DNA from: Zootoca vivipara
Taxonomy: Eukaryota
NCBI RefSeq assembly: GCF_963506605.1
Contig: NC_083282.1
Location: 5,146,001 to 5,210,000, forward strand
Direction of reading: 5' to 3'
DNA length: 64,000 nucleotides
Positions 47,805 through 59,186 of the stretch are shown here, piece by piece (positions within the stretch are counted from its first letter, which is position 1; every line of letters begins with the position of its first letter). The notes under the pieces were generated by a model. The model did not search any database. It saw only the letters and a program-made list of their open reading frames with translations, and was not told the origin of the DNA. A program made the position numbers and the translations under genes.

Positions 47805-48384
47805 GGGACATGGGTGGCGCTGTGGTCTAAACTACTGAGCCTTGGGCTTGCCTTTGGAGCTCTTAAACCCTGAGAATACCCATGCAAAAAATGCAAATAC
47901 AAATAATTGTATAATTATTGTAGTTATGTGATAGGATAGGAGTCTCCAACAATTCCCAGCACCCTTAACAAACTATAGCTGCTGATATTCTTTGCCATGA
48001 TTGTGAAAGTGGTCTAAACCACTGAGCCTAGGGCTTGCCGATCAAAAGGTTGGTGGTTCAAATCCCCACGATGGGGTGAGCTCCCGTTGCTTTGTCCCTG
48101 CTCCTGCCCACCTAGCAGTTCGAAAGCACGTCAAAGTGCAAGTAGATAAATAGGTACCGCTACAGCGGGAAGGTAAACGCCGTTTCCGTGCGCTGCTCTG
48201 GTGTTGGTGTTCCATTGTGTGCTGCTCTGGTTTTGCCAGAAGCGGCTTAGTCATGCTGGCCACATGACCCGGAAAAACTGTCTGCGGACAAACGCCGGCT
48301 CCCTCGGCCAGTATAGCGAGATGAGCGCCGCAACCCCAGAGTCGTTCGTGACTGGACTTAACGGTCAGGGGTCCCTTTACCTTT
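47805..48384 (+). mobile_element. Sauria SINE interrupted by an inverted copy of 51520-51677
   Basis: Head 47805-47852, foreign segment 47849-48008, SINE restarts at about 48009. Confidence 0.88.
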
Positions 48385-48439
48385 ATGTTACTTCTGCATA
48401 GACGCATATGCTCTAACACATGCCCCTATACCATTGATC

Positions 48440-48735
48440 TCCACCTCCATCATTCTGCCCGGACACTGAGGTCCAGCACCGAGGGCCTTCTGGCGGTTCC
48501 CTCGTTGCAAGAAGCCAAGTTGCAGGGAACTAGGCAGAGGGTCTTCTCGGTGGTGGCACCTGCCCTTTGGAACGCCCTCCCAACAGATGTCAAAGAGGAA
48601 AACAACTACCAGACTTTTAGAAGACATCTGAAGGCAGCCCTGTTCAGGGAGGCTTTTAATGTTTAATAGATTACTGTGTTTTATTTTTCTATTGGAAGCC
48701 ACCCAGAGTGGCTGGGGAAACCCAGCCAGATGGTA
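48440..48735 (+). mobile_element. L2 LINE 3' end
   Basis: RTLRSS...FSVVAPALWNALP...FRRHLKAALFREAF; followed by (TTA)n. Confidence 0.8.
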
Positions 48736-48747
48736 TAGATAATAATA

Positions 48748-48748
<1 letters not shown>

Positions 48749-48795
<47 letters not shown>

Positions 48796-48804
48796 CATCA
48801 TCAT
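48749..48804. repeat. (TTA)n(TCA)n microsatellite
   Basis: direct reading. Confidence 0.95.
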
Positions 48805-49724
48805 CTTCAGTGGATTGTTGGAATCCACAAATAGACTGCACCCTGATCTAAGGTGGCTTGCACCAGGGGGATCTCTGCCACTTTTTTGTTGTTTTGTTTG
48901 TTTTATATAGCACATTGTTGCTGACCTGAGGACTTCATGGAGGCCTGCTGGTATAAATATGAAAATAAAAGTTGGTTTCTCCCATCATGCTGCAAGTTTG
49001 CTGGGTGGGTCCTCCTGCTTCTAAAAAAGTCAGAGATGATGATTGCCCTATACACTGGCACAGTTGTTATACGACTGACCCATTTGCTGCTAAGCATAAT
49101 TGGGAGTTCTTACTCTAATCAAAATGAACCTAAAAGGCAAGGCTCCTTTGAAACACATCCTAATATTCTGGATTACTGTTTTATACTTTTTTCAATTGTT
49201 AATGAACAACTGAATGCAAAGGAACTTGTTTCCTGCTTGGCAGGGGGTTGGACTGGATGGCCCTTGTGGTCTCTTCCACCTCTATGATTCTATTTCTAAC
49301 CCCGGTATAATAGCATAAGTTCTGCACTGCCCATTTCACAGAACTGTGCCAGAATCTGCTCAGCAATTTTGAAAATCAATGGGGCAAAACTGGAACTTAA
49401 AGGAGGGGGGAAATATAGAATAAAATTGTGCAAAACAAAACATAAAAAGCAACCCAAACCCTACTGAATTTGTGAAAAAGGCAATATGTGAACCAGGGAC
49501 CTCCTGCCTTAAAGAAACTACTATTCTCTTAGTCAAAGCACCCAATCCACAGCATGGGGTGAGTACTATTGATCTACCTTACAAGGTTGTTGTAAATATT
49601 ACTTAGTTCATGGATATGAAACACTTCAATGCTAAACATGTATTCTTACATTAGGTCAATGCTATATTGATATACTCATGAAAATACTTCAGATTGGAAC
49701 TTCCAGTCACCAAATAAGTTATTT

Positions 49725-49790
49725 GTATCTGATAAAATGGACTGTGGTCCATGAAAGCTTATGCTGTAATATTTATTTGTCTTTAAGGTT
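49725..49790 (+). mobile_element. Penelope-like remnant with minimal hammerhead motif
   Basis: gtat-CTGATAA-a-atggac(tgtg)gtccat-GAAA-gc-TTA-tgc. Confidence 0.55.
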
Positions 49791-50130
49791 TCAAGGGGAG
49801 ACTGGCTACCCTTCTAGAACTCATCACAAGTAAATTCTATCCTTCATTAGAATATATTACAGCAATTGTCATGTAATTAAGATGACAGGAGTGCCACGTG
49901 TTTTTATTTGGGAACATTCACATTATTAATGGCAAGATCATTTTGAGGCAAAGCACCCGCTTAGAAAAGAGTAGGCTGAGAAATGTACTTGTAACATACT
50001 GAGCAGAGTCAAAGACTTTTTGAATTGAGACCACGTAATAAGTTGACTTTACCCTGCATATTATCTGCTTTATCCCAACACCCGTAACACTGAAAAGGCA
50101 ATAAGCTTTCCTAAGAAAGGGCTTCCTTAC

Positions 50131-50275
50131 CTTGGAGAGGCACTTCTGGTCTCAGGCAAGCAGTCGAATCTGATGCAGTTGGCACCTAGTGAAAGGAAAA
50201 GCAAAGACAGGGCCATGGACTTCTTCTTACTTGCCTGGGAAATGCCTTTCCTCTCCTCTTGGGGTTTAAATTTCT
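50131..50275 (-). promoter_or_regulatory. TNN: putative TNN non-coding exon 1 and core promoter
   Basis: Strong donor CAAG|GTAAGG at 50131/50130; TATA-like TTTAAA at 50265-50270; non-repetitive island about 11.5 kb upstream of the ATG exon; tenascin genes have a non-coding first exon. Confidence 0.45.
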
Positions 50276-51194
50276 CTGGGACCTGATGAAAGGACCAATG
50301 GATTTGTTTGGGAGGTTCCCTTCTGAGGTTTTTCTCTCTCCCTCCTCAGAAGGATGGATGTGGCTACAGGGATGGGAAAAAATGCATGTCTGTGTGTCTC
50401 TTGCTCTAGCTGGAGAAACCAAGTTCTGTCGTGGAAAGGTGGATTCAAATGGGGAGCTAAAAGCAAGAACTTGCTTTCACGTTTACACGTTACAAAGTGG
50501 AATTTGAGTTGTGTGCCTCTCAGAAGGCACATGACTTAGCTGAGATTGGAATCAGGTCTCCCATGGGTCAAATCCAGCCACTCTACCCATGGGTTCCATG
50601 CAATATTTGGTTACTTCCCACCCTGACGTACTCACCACACACAAGCAGAAAAGGAGGAGGCACATGTGCACAGAGACATGCACACTTGACTTTCCTATAG
50701 GGACTGGGTAAAAGTCAGATCCAATGCAATTAAAAAACATCTTCTTGAATTTGCATTATTTTAACATTAGAGATGGACAAAACTGTCAGTTCTTGTTTAT
50801 TTCAGTCTCTCATTTTCCCAGCCTTAAGTTCAGTTCACATATCCACATCAGTCTGAGTTGTTGTTTTTAAGTCTCCATGAAAATCCATCAGCATTGTAGT
50901 GTGAATTTCTCTTAATATAAACATTATTGTATGCCATTTTGCCTACTAGGCACATTTTTGCAAAACAATTTCCCGTAATATAATGCATGTTTGTAAATTA
51001 CGTTCAGCTATATACACATTTTATGCACAGTTTGTGCTAGCATATGCATTTTTGTACATATTGCTTTGGTGCAAAATTCAGAGTTACACAAATTTCAAAG
51101 GATGGCTGTTTCAGTTTGTGTATTGTTTCAGAAAGTGCAAAATAGGTACTGTAGGTTCACCTTTAAATGTGAACAGAATCAAATTTCACACTAT

Positions 51195-51521
51195 AAAGGA
51201 CCCCTGACAGTTAAGTCCAGTCGCGAACGATTCTGGGGTTGCGGCACTCATCTCGCTATACTGGCCAAGGGAGCAAACATTTGTCTGCAGACAGTTTTTC
51301 CGGGTCATGTGGCCAGCATGACTAAGCCGCTTCTGGCGAAACCAGAGCAGCGCACGGAAACGCCGTTTACCTTATTTATCTACTTGCACTTTTTTTGGCG
51401 TGCTTTTGAACTGCTAGGGTTGGCAGTAGCTGGAACCGAACAACGGGAGCTCACCCCGTCGCGAGGATTCGAACTGCCGACCTTCCGATCAGCAAGCCCT
51501 AGGCTCAGTGGTTTAGACCAC
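51195..51521 (-). mobile_element. Sauria SINE (5' end truncated by about 17 nt)
   Basis: Family sequence. Confidence 0.9.
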
Positions 51522-51768
51522 TTTCACAATCATGGCAAAGAATATCAGCAGCTATAGTTAAGGGTGCTGGGAATTGTTGGAGACTCCTATCGTATCACGT
51601 AACTACAATAATTATACAGTTATTTGTATTTGCATTTTTTGCACTGGTATTCTCAGGGCTTAGGAGCTCCAAAGGCATTTTCTAAACAAATATTTGATTT
51701 TTTTGAAAGTATTTGCTAGCTATATGGCCAAGTGGCCTCTTATAAGGTTGTGTTGGCATCCCCTAGGA

Positions 51769-51904
51769 CAGGCATGGGCAACCTTGGCTCTCCAGATGTT
51801 TTGGAACTACAACTCCCATGATCCCTGGCCACTGGCCCTGTTAGCCTGGGATCATGGGAGTTGTAGTTCCAAAACATCTGGAGAGCCAAGGTTGCCTATG
51901 CTTG
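51769..51904. mobile_element. 136-bp hAT-type MITE (related subfamily)
   Basis: TIRs; TSD ccctagga. Confidence 0.85.
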
Positions 51905-52317
51905 CCCTAGGACCACCAGATTGGTATCTCCAGGAGAACATCCACCACGACCTGAAGCAGCTTGAGCAGGGAATCCTTGGTGCATTTGGGCGGTCAGCAC
52001 ATCAAGAGGAATCCTGTAGTGCCCAACTATGGCACAGAATTTGCTTCTGGCTACTGCTAAAATTACTATAGGAAAATATTGGAGGAGTTTACGCATCTCC
52101 TATGGTAGCGCAGCAGTGAGTCTGGGATAGTCACTGACGGAAGTAGCAGCAGAAACCCAGTAGAACTTTAGGCAAAGCAGCATTAATGTAAGTACTAGTG
52201 TCCATTCTTCTTCCCTTCCAGACCAAAAGTGGGGGGGTACATAGTATTTATACTTGAGAGGCAAGTATGGGGTTTGGAACCTTGTGGTGGGCACCTAATC
52301 TAATGTATCTAGTTATA

Positions 52318-52601
52318 CAGTGGTGCCTCGCTTAACGAATGCCCTGCTTAACGAAATTTCTGCTTAATGAAAGGATTTTTCGAGCGGAGGTTGCCTCGCT
52401 AGACAAATTCGTTTTATGAAAAATTCGTCTAGCGAATCGCGGTTTCCCATAGGAATGCATTGAAATTCAATTAATGCGTTCCTATGGGCAAAAAATTTTT
52501 TAAAAAAATTCAATGCATTTCTATGGGATTCGCTAGACGAATTTTTCGTTATAAGAAAAGACCCGTGGAACGAATTAAATTCGTCTAGTGAGGCACCACT
52601 G
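52318..52601. mobile_element. Tc1/mariner (Tigger-like) MITE
   Basis: cagtggtgcctc...gaggcaccactg, TA TSD. Confidence 0.88.
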
Positions 52602-52621
52602 TATCCTGAAGTGAGATTTGG

Positions 52622-53534
52622 TGTCATGAACTGGCAGGACTTTGGGGAGGAGGACGAGGAGGAAGAGGGTCCCAGAGAGGGGTGCAGCTGGGACTAGGGT
52701 TGCCAGACTCGATAGAGGACAGGACTTCTGTGCCTTTAATTGCCCTGCTCTCTTTTGAGTCTGGAAACCTGAAAGAGAAACCAGCAGACCCTTTGTTTGA
52801 TTTCCAAGCAAAGGGTCTGCTGGTTTCTCTTTAAGGTTTCCAGACTCAAAAGAGAGCAGGGCAATTAAAGGCACAGAAGTCCTGTCCTCTATCGAGTCTG
52901 GCAACCCTAGCTGGGACTGGGACACATGGAGGTAAGCTGGGGGTGGGGGTTGCTGCAAGTACTACTCACAGGGTGACAGAGGGTGACAAGGGGCCAGTGC
53001 ACAGGAAGCCAAGCAGCAGAACCCCTCACCAGAGCCAGAGGGGCCCCCGTCCCCATGAACACAGTGGGTCCTGAGCATAGGGAACAGCAGGAGGGACACT
53101 CCAGGAAGCAGAGGCAGGCCAGGGCCTTCAGGCCAGTTCCCTAGCTGGCCAGGTGGGGAAGGAGTCATGTGATTCCTCAGCTGGGGCAAGCGGAGAGCAG
53201 GTGAGGGTCACAGGCCTCATCAAGCCCAGGTGCTGCAATCAGCAGGCACAGTGTTAGGAGGCAGCAGAGCTGAGGGGCTGGGGGCTGCTCAACTGCCCAC
53301 ATGGAGGGATCTTGTCTTGGTTATTCCTGGACCTCCACGGGTTTCTACTCGGGGCTTGACGCTGGACTGCATCCTGACTTCAGGCTTGGATTGACCCTGA
53401 ACTTCCTTTCCTGACTTTCGGCCCTCGACTTTGGGTCTCGGGCTGTGGACTTTGCGGATGCTGGCCAACCCTCAGATTTGGGACGTGGTCTTGGCACGCT
53501 GTCTGGCTGCCAGGTAGGCCGGGGGAATCTTACA
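52622..53534. mobile_element. possible solo LTR hosting the MITE
   Basis: TGTCA...TTACA termini and GC-rich LTR-like composition; no clear TSD. Confidence 0.35.
52695..52909. mobile_element. palindromic hAT MITE (TAGGGTTGCCA termini, Blackjack-like)
   Basis: About 100-bp near-perfect inverted arms; 8-bp TSD gctgggac. Confidence 0.9.
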
Positions 53535-56239
53535 CTCATACAGTATAGGTAATCCTATACATGTTTACTCAAGTCCTGCTGGGTTCAAAGGGGCATAACT
53601 CACCATAAATGTGTTTAGATTGCAGCCCAAGATACTGTTGCAAACCACCCCAATCTCCGAGAGATGCAAGATTCCAGGGGTCTCATGCACTTCCCCAGGG
53701 TGGTTTGGTTCCCTTGGAATGAGGGACAGCAGAGACTCCGGGATCTTCATGATCTATGGTTTATTTACACATAGCCTATGATGGAAGGGCTCGCAGCCCT
53801 AACACCCCAAGGAGGTCTTGCTTCTCCCATAGCCACAACCTTGGATTCCAGCAGAAGCCAAGCATGTCTGTCCCTCACAGGTTTCAACCTGGCACCTGCT
53901 TCTAGCACACACCTCTCAAACCTGGCGTTTGGTCCTTCTAACTACCAGCCAGTTGAGGGAGGGGAGTCCACCCATTTCTTCTCTGGCACAGAGACACTTC
54001 CTTTGTTACCTTAACAACCCATTACCGGGACACTGGCCTAACTAGTCCAGCGATGGAATTGGAAGGGACTCAGGCATACAGCCTAATCTCCAACCCCCCA
54101 AACTCACAACAATATAATGCTAGATGTAAGCTGGGCCCCCATATTAAATAAATTATCTTCCATATTTTCTTACAAGACAGTAATGAATTGTGGGGGCTTT
54201 TTTCCCTAGAAGAATAACTAGCACGTTTGTTTGTTTTTGTTTGTTTGTTTGTTTGTTTGAATGGTACTGGTACTCCTATGTTGCTATAAGCATTGTAGTC
54301 ATTTCTGTGTCTACCTTAAACAAATGTAAAATCTGCACCGTTAAAAATAACATCTGGTGCTCAAACACTGAGTCAAGGATTGCTTCTAAATCACCTGTTT
54401 ATTAAGCATTCATACTGATTTGTTAGCACAAAGTTTGTAAAGGACATTAGATGACATTGGCTCTTTATTGAGCATTTGTTTTGGGGAAGGTTAGATGACA
54501 TCCTGCCAAGCAATTGCTATCCCACACTTTCTCCTATCACAAAGTCTTTATTGCAAAAAGTCTCGTTTTGTTGCGGGGGGGGGGGGGAGCCAGTTTGTTG
54601 TGTGAGGTCACCAAATCCGCTTTAATTGTGTAACCTGAATCAGCCAATATGTGATAGCAGCAGCCGTCTGGAAGTGCCCAAGATGCAAATATATCATTGA
54701 TGCAATTTTGTCCATGTTTGGGGGAACCGATGGTTTGTGGATTAACTAGTGGGGTGCTGCCTCTTTCAGAACTATCTCTTACAAATGGCATATTTTTTGT
54801 ATGGGGAAATTGCATACTTTTAATGGAGAGCCTACGTAATGTAGTGCCCAAAGAGTTGGGCATGAACTGGCGAGAGCCGAGTTCAAATCTTCTGCAGCCA
54901 TGAAGCTCAATGAATGAGGATTGAACAGTCACTCTCTTTCAGTCTAGTATATTTCAAGAGGATTGGTGCAAGGATAAAATAGGATGCCTTCGTAGTTGAT
55001 GAACTGTATAAACATACGTTACACTCCACTAGTTAATGTCAATAACCCACACTTGCCAAACTTGACCGTAACCAGCAGAATATGTGATACCAGGTTACAG
55101 GGCTATTGGTTCCTTGAGTGAAAATAGCTCAGCTGGGATCCCACGCAGAACAATAAAAGAATGTACTGCAGTTATGCAAGATGCATGCATTCAGAAACAT
55201 TTTCCAGCCATTGATCTCTTGGGCAAGGCTCATTATAATTTAATACTGGGTAAGTGGCACACACTTAATCATGATCAGGAAGTAGTTGAGAAGCTGTGGA
55301 ATGTTATATCTGTAAACTGATTCATACAGAATAAGTCAGAAGGAAAAGGGTGATAGAGAAACCAAATGTGTAGTAATTATAGAACTGCAGGATAGGCAGA
55401 CATACTTCAGAGAAAAGTAACCACATATGTGCTTTATTCTGGATGTTCCTTAGCATCATATTTTCCTCTTGGAACTCCATCCCACATGATTTTTTTAATG
55501 AGAGCTCCCCTCCCAACCACCAGAACCTTGTGGTCTGCAGAAACCCTTACGCAAAGGTTTTGCAATGGCTACTAACAGCTGAATCCACTGCAAAGGACAT
55601 TTCTATACACTGACATCAACACTGGGATGAAATCCCTCTACATCGTAATCCGATAATAGATTTATTTTTTAAAAATTCTTGTCCCTTGGAAGATGCTTCA
55701 AGGACTATCCTCATATTTATATATGTAAAGGGTACATAATACATGATAGTTTACTGTGGAATTTAACATGTAACTAAGAAGAGAGTTATAAGGTTCACAT
55801 ACTTTCCGAGTTAGATCAGAGAGAACAAGGAATAAATATACTGAAGTCTAGGGATGAATTTAGGAGAGCAGGCCTCTGATCCCACTTAGTAATTGGGGTC
55901 ATTCTGGGAAATGGTTTTGAGAAAGCCACCCTTTCAAACCTCAGTTCCTTGTCTGTAAAATGGGAATTTAGTGTAGAAACGTGACATGCAGCAAATCATG
56001 GCTGTACATTCTCATGCCCTAGGCATTCCATCACCATTCTCTCATTTTTCTTTCTCAACTTACATTCTTTGAGAAATCCAACATTAAATTGCCTATAAGC
56101 TCCCTCAATATATTTGCGAGCACATTTGTCGTAATTATTTCTCTTCCGTCTCATAATAAGCATAGCCTTGAAGCCTCAAGATCTGCCCATCTCTAATTTA
56201 AGGATAACACTGACCTACTTCACAGAATTGTGCAGGCAA

Positions 56240-57895
56240 TAGTAGCCGTCAAGCGCAGAGCTCCAAGGAACCCCAGTGGTGAGAGGGAAAGCAGAGGATG
56301 AATCTCCCTTGTGGGGTGATCAGACAGGCTGGACGTGAACCAGCAGAGGACAGACTCAGGGAGACCTGCAACGTAACAGGAATAAAGGCATGAGTATTAA
56401 AGGTAATGGAATAGTTGTAGGTGATGTGGAATGAGTAGAGGCATATAGATTTGGCAGCGTAAAGGTCATCATTGATTTTCAGGAAGGCAATATCAGTAGA
56501 GTGCAGGGAATAAAAACCAGATTGGAGTAGGGCAAAAGAAAAGTTGGAGGAGAGGAAGTTGAGACAATGGAAGTAAGCAGCCAACATGATGCAGGAGTTT
56601 GCAGATAAAGAGTAGAAGGGAAATTGCACAGCTGTTGGAGAGGATGTTTGGGTCAAAGGGGTGTTTGTATTAAAAAAAACACATACAGTGGTGCCTCGCA
56701 AGACGAATTTAATTCGTTCCAAGGGCCAATTCGTTTTACGAAAAATTCATCTTGCGAGGCACAGTTTCCCATAGGAATGCATTGAAACTTAATTAATGCG
56801 TTCCTATGTGCTCCGGGGGACTGGTGTTGGTGTTGGAGTTTGCTCGCTTGGCTCGGGGGAAGGCGGGCAGACAGGCAGCAACAGCCCCGGAGCCTTGCCG
56901 AGCTGTTGCCGCCTGCCTGCCTTCCCCAAGCCAAGCGACCAAGCGCCGCTGCCACCGCCAGTCCCCCAAGCCGAAGCGCAGCGGGCGTTGGCTCGGGGAA
57001 GGCAGGCAGGCAGGAGGCAACAGCCCGGCAAGGCTCCCCATGCCGGATCTGTGCAAGGCGGTGGGGGGGAGAAGCGGAGAATAAGGATCCTTATTCTCCG
57101 CTTCTCCCCCCCCCCGCCCAACAGAGCCAGCATCAGACGGGGATTCTGAGAGGCGCAGTGCTTCTCCGATGCCCCGTCCGATGCTCCCCGGTGTCCGTGG
57201 CATGGCAGCGGGGGGGGGGAGAAGCGGAAGAACGGATTCGTTCCTCCGCTTCTCCGCCCCTGCCGCCTCGCACACAGCCGACATCGGACGGGGCTTTGGA
57301 GAAGCGCTGCGCCTCTCAGAATCCCCGTCCGATGCCGGCTCTGTGTGAGGCGGCGGGGGGAGGAACGGAGGAACAGATCCGCTCCTCCGCTTCTCCCCCC
57401 TTCTTCCTGCGCTACAGCTGGTTCCCTTTTGTGTTCCGCTGGTCTCTGCCAGTTGCCCCTCACCGCTCGCGGCAACCAGCAGAGACCAGCGGAACACAAA
57501 GGGGAACCAGCTGTAGCGCAGAAAGAAGGCAAAGGAAGATCAGCTGACAGCTTCCCGCGCTTGCGGCCGCTTCCTCTTTCTATGACCGCGCTTCGCAAGA
57601 TGAAGTGGCGGTCATAGAAAACCTTGTCGTCTTGCAAGTCCTTCGCGCAACGCAAAACGCTTTCGTCTTGCGAGTTTTTCATTGTGCAAGGCATTCGTCT
57701 TGCGGGGTAACACTGTACAAGAGAAACAGTGGCATGTTTGAATTAAAGGGAAGGCACCAACGGATACCTGGGTTATCCACCCCTCACCATTCTATAGAGC
57801 AGACGAAATAAAGGATAGAAGGAGGTACGAGAGAAGGAAGAGGTAGAAGACAAAGCTAGAGAGGTCTGAGTGGATGGAATAAACTTTGCTACAGA
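56240..57895 (-). mobile_element. old L2 LINE RT fragment interrupted by a Tigger-like element
   Basis: LLQSGFYSLHSTDIAFLKINDDL resembles the L2 motif LQSGFRP.HSTETALLKV.NDL. Confidence 0.65.
56686..57715. mobile_element. 1.03-kb non-autonomous Tc1/mariner (Tigger-like) element with GC-rich interior
   Basis: cagtggtgcctcgcaagacgaa ... ttcgtcttgcggggtaacactg, TA flanks; a second related right end at 57900-58013. Confidence 0.85.
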
Positions 57896-58013
57896 AGAAG
57901 ACGCAAGATGAAGCGGCGGTCATAGAAAACCCTGTCTTGCGAATGACTCGCACAACTCTTTCGTCTAGCGAGCTTTTCGTTGTGCAAGGCATTTGTAAAG
58001 TGAGGCACCACTG

Positions 58014-58842
58014 TACCATAATCCGGAGGATCTCGTTTGGGTGAGGAATTATGCCAGAGGCCCAACTTGGGTTCCGGGGGTCATTTCGCGGGCCAGCGGT
58101 CCTGTGTCATATTATGTCACATTGTCACAGGGTCAGGTCTGGCGTAGGCATGTGGATCAGCTGAGGCGCAGGATACCCAGCAGGAGTGATGACGAGGGAC
58201 CAAACACCCCCGCATTAAATGAAGAGTTGCCGCCTGCGAGTCAGGTGGAGACACCTGCACTGATTAATGACCCACCAGTCGGAAGGTGAGCTCCCCGCTG
58301 GGAATACGGAGCTGGCAGTAGATAATGAGCTGGGGGGGGGTCATTAGAAGGGACAGCTGTAGCCGACACTCCCGAGGAGACTCCTCAGCCTCCAACTCCT
58401 AGAGTCACAACACCGGAAGTGAGACGTTCTAGTAGAAGTTGCAGGAAGCCACAGTCCCTGAAAGACTTCGTGTGTAATTCTCACTAAGTGTGGGGGGGTG
58501 TTGTGTATTAAAGTAATAGCACAGCCAGGTATGCATTGTAATATAGAGTTTATTGTATTGTATTACAGAGTTTATTTGAATGTACAAGTTCCAGCAGGAA
58601 CGTCTATCATTCACTGGTTCAGGGTGCAGGATTTGGATCCTCTGCCGGATTGGTTTCCGCGCCATTGGTTCCCACCAAAAATTTCCGTGCTAGTCCTCTG
58701 TTATTATATAAGCCCCCGTTTTCCCCATTCCTCTGTTCTGGCTCTTACCTGTTCTTTGAAGTAAAGAGATGTTGTACCAGATCCTCACCTCCTGCTTCTT
58801 ATCTGCACCGGGCTGAAATCACTGAATACCCACTACACAACA
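58014..58842 (+). mobile_element. Gypsy LTR retrotransposon 3' remnant (integrase C-terminus, PPT, 3' LTR 58499-58842)
   Basis: VWVRNY..GPTWVPGVI...GPVSYYV...WRRHVDQLR; PPT-like aagtgtggggggg; LTR with 9-bp terminal IR TGTTGTGTA...TACACAACA and TATATAA. Confidence 0.88.
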
Positions 58843-59186
58843 GCTACAGTTTAATATGCAGAAGCACATATAAGCATATTCAGGATGAAACATAAAAAGG
58901 AGGAAGAATATGCCTCTGTTAGAAAGGATTCCTTCATAAACAAAACAAGTGGGACTTGCTGCTCCAAAATGTTTCAACATGGAATGCTTCTTTTCTGGAT
59001 TTCAGACTCTTGGGGCTTATCCAGTTAACTTCCTTCCGCCTTTTCCAGGCACGGTCCATGCTTACCCTGCAATCTGCCGTTTGCTCTGATTGAGCTTTAA
59101 AAAGTGGATTTTGCAAAGAAAGCTCTGGGGCAAAAACCAGCAACAACATTGCTCAATCAATGCTTTGCCTGGAAAGTGTGGGGCAA

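Noticed and set aside
56793-57694. 234-296-aa ORFs on both strands
   Set aside because: Low-complexity GC-rich transposon interior with no transposase or other recognisable domain
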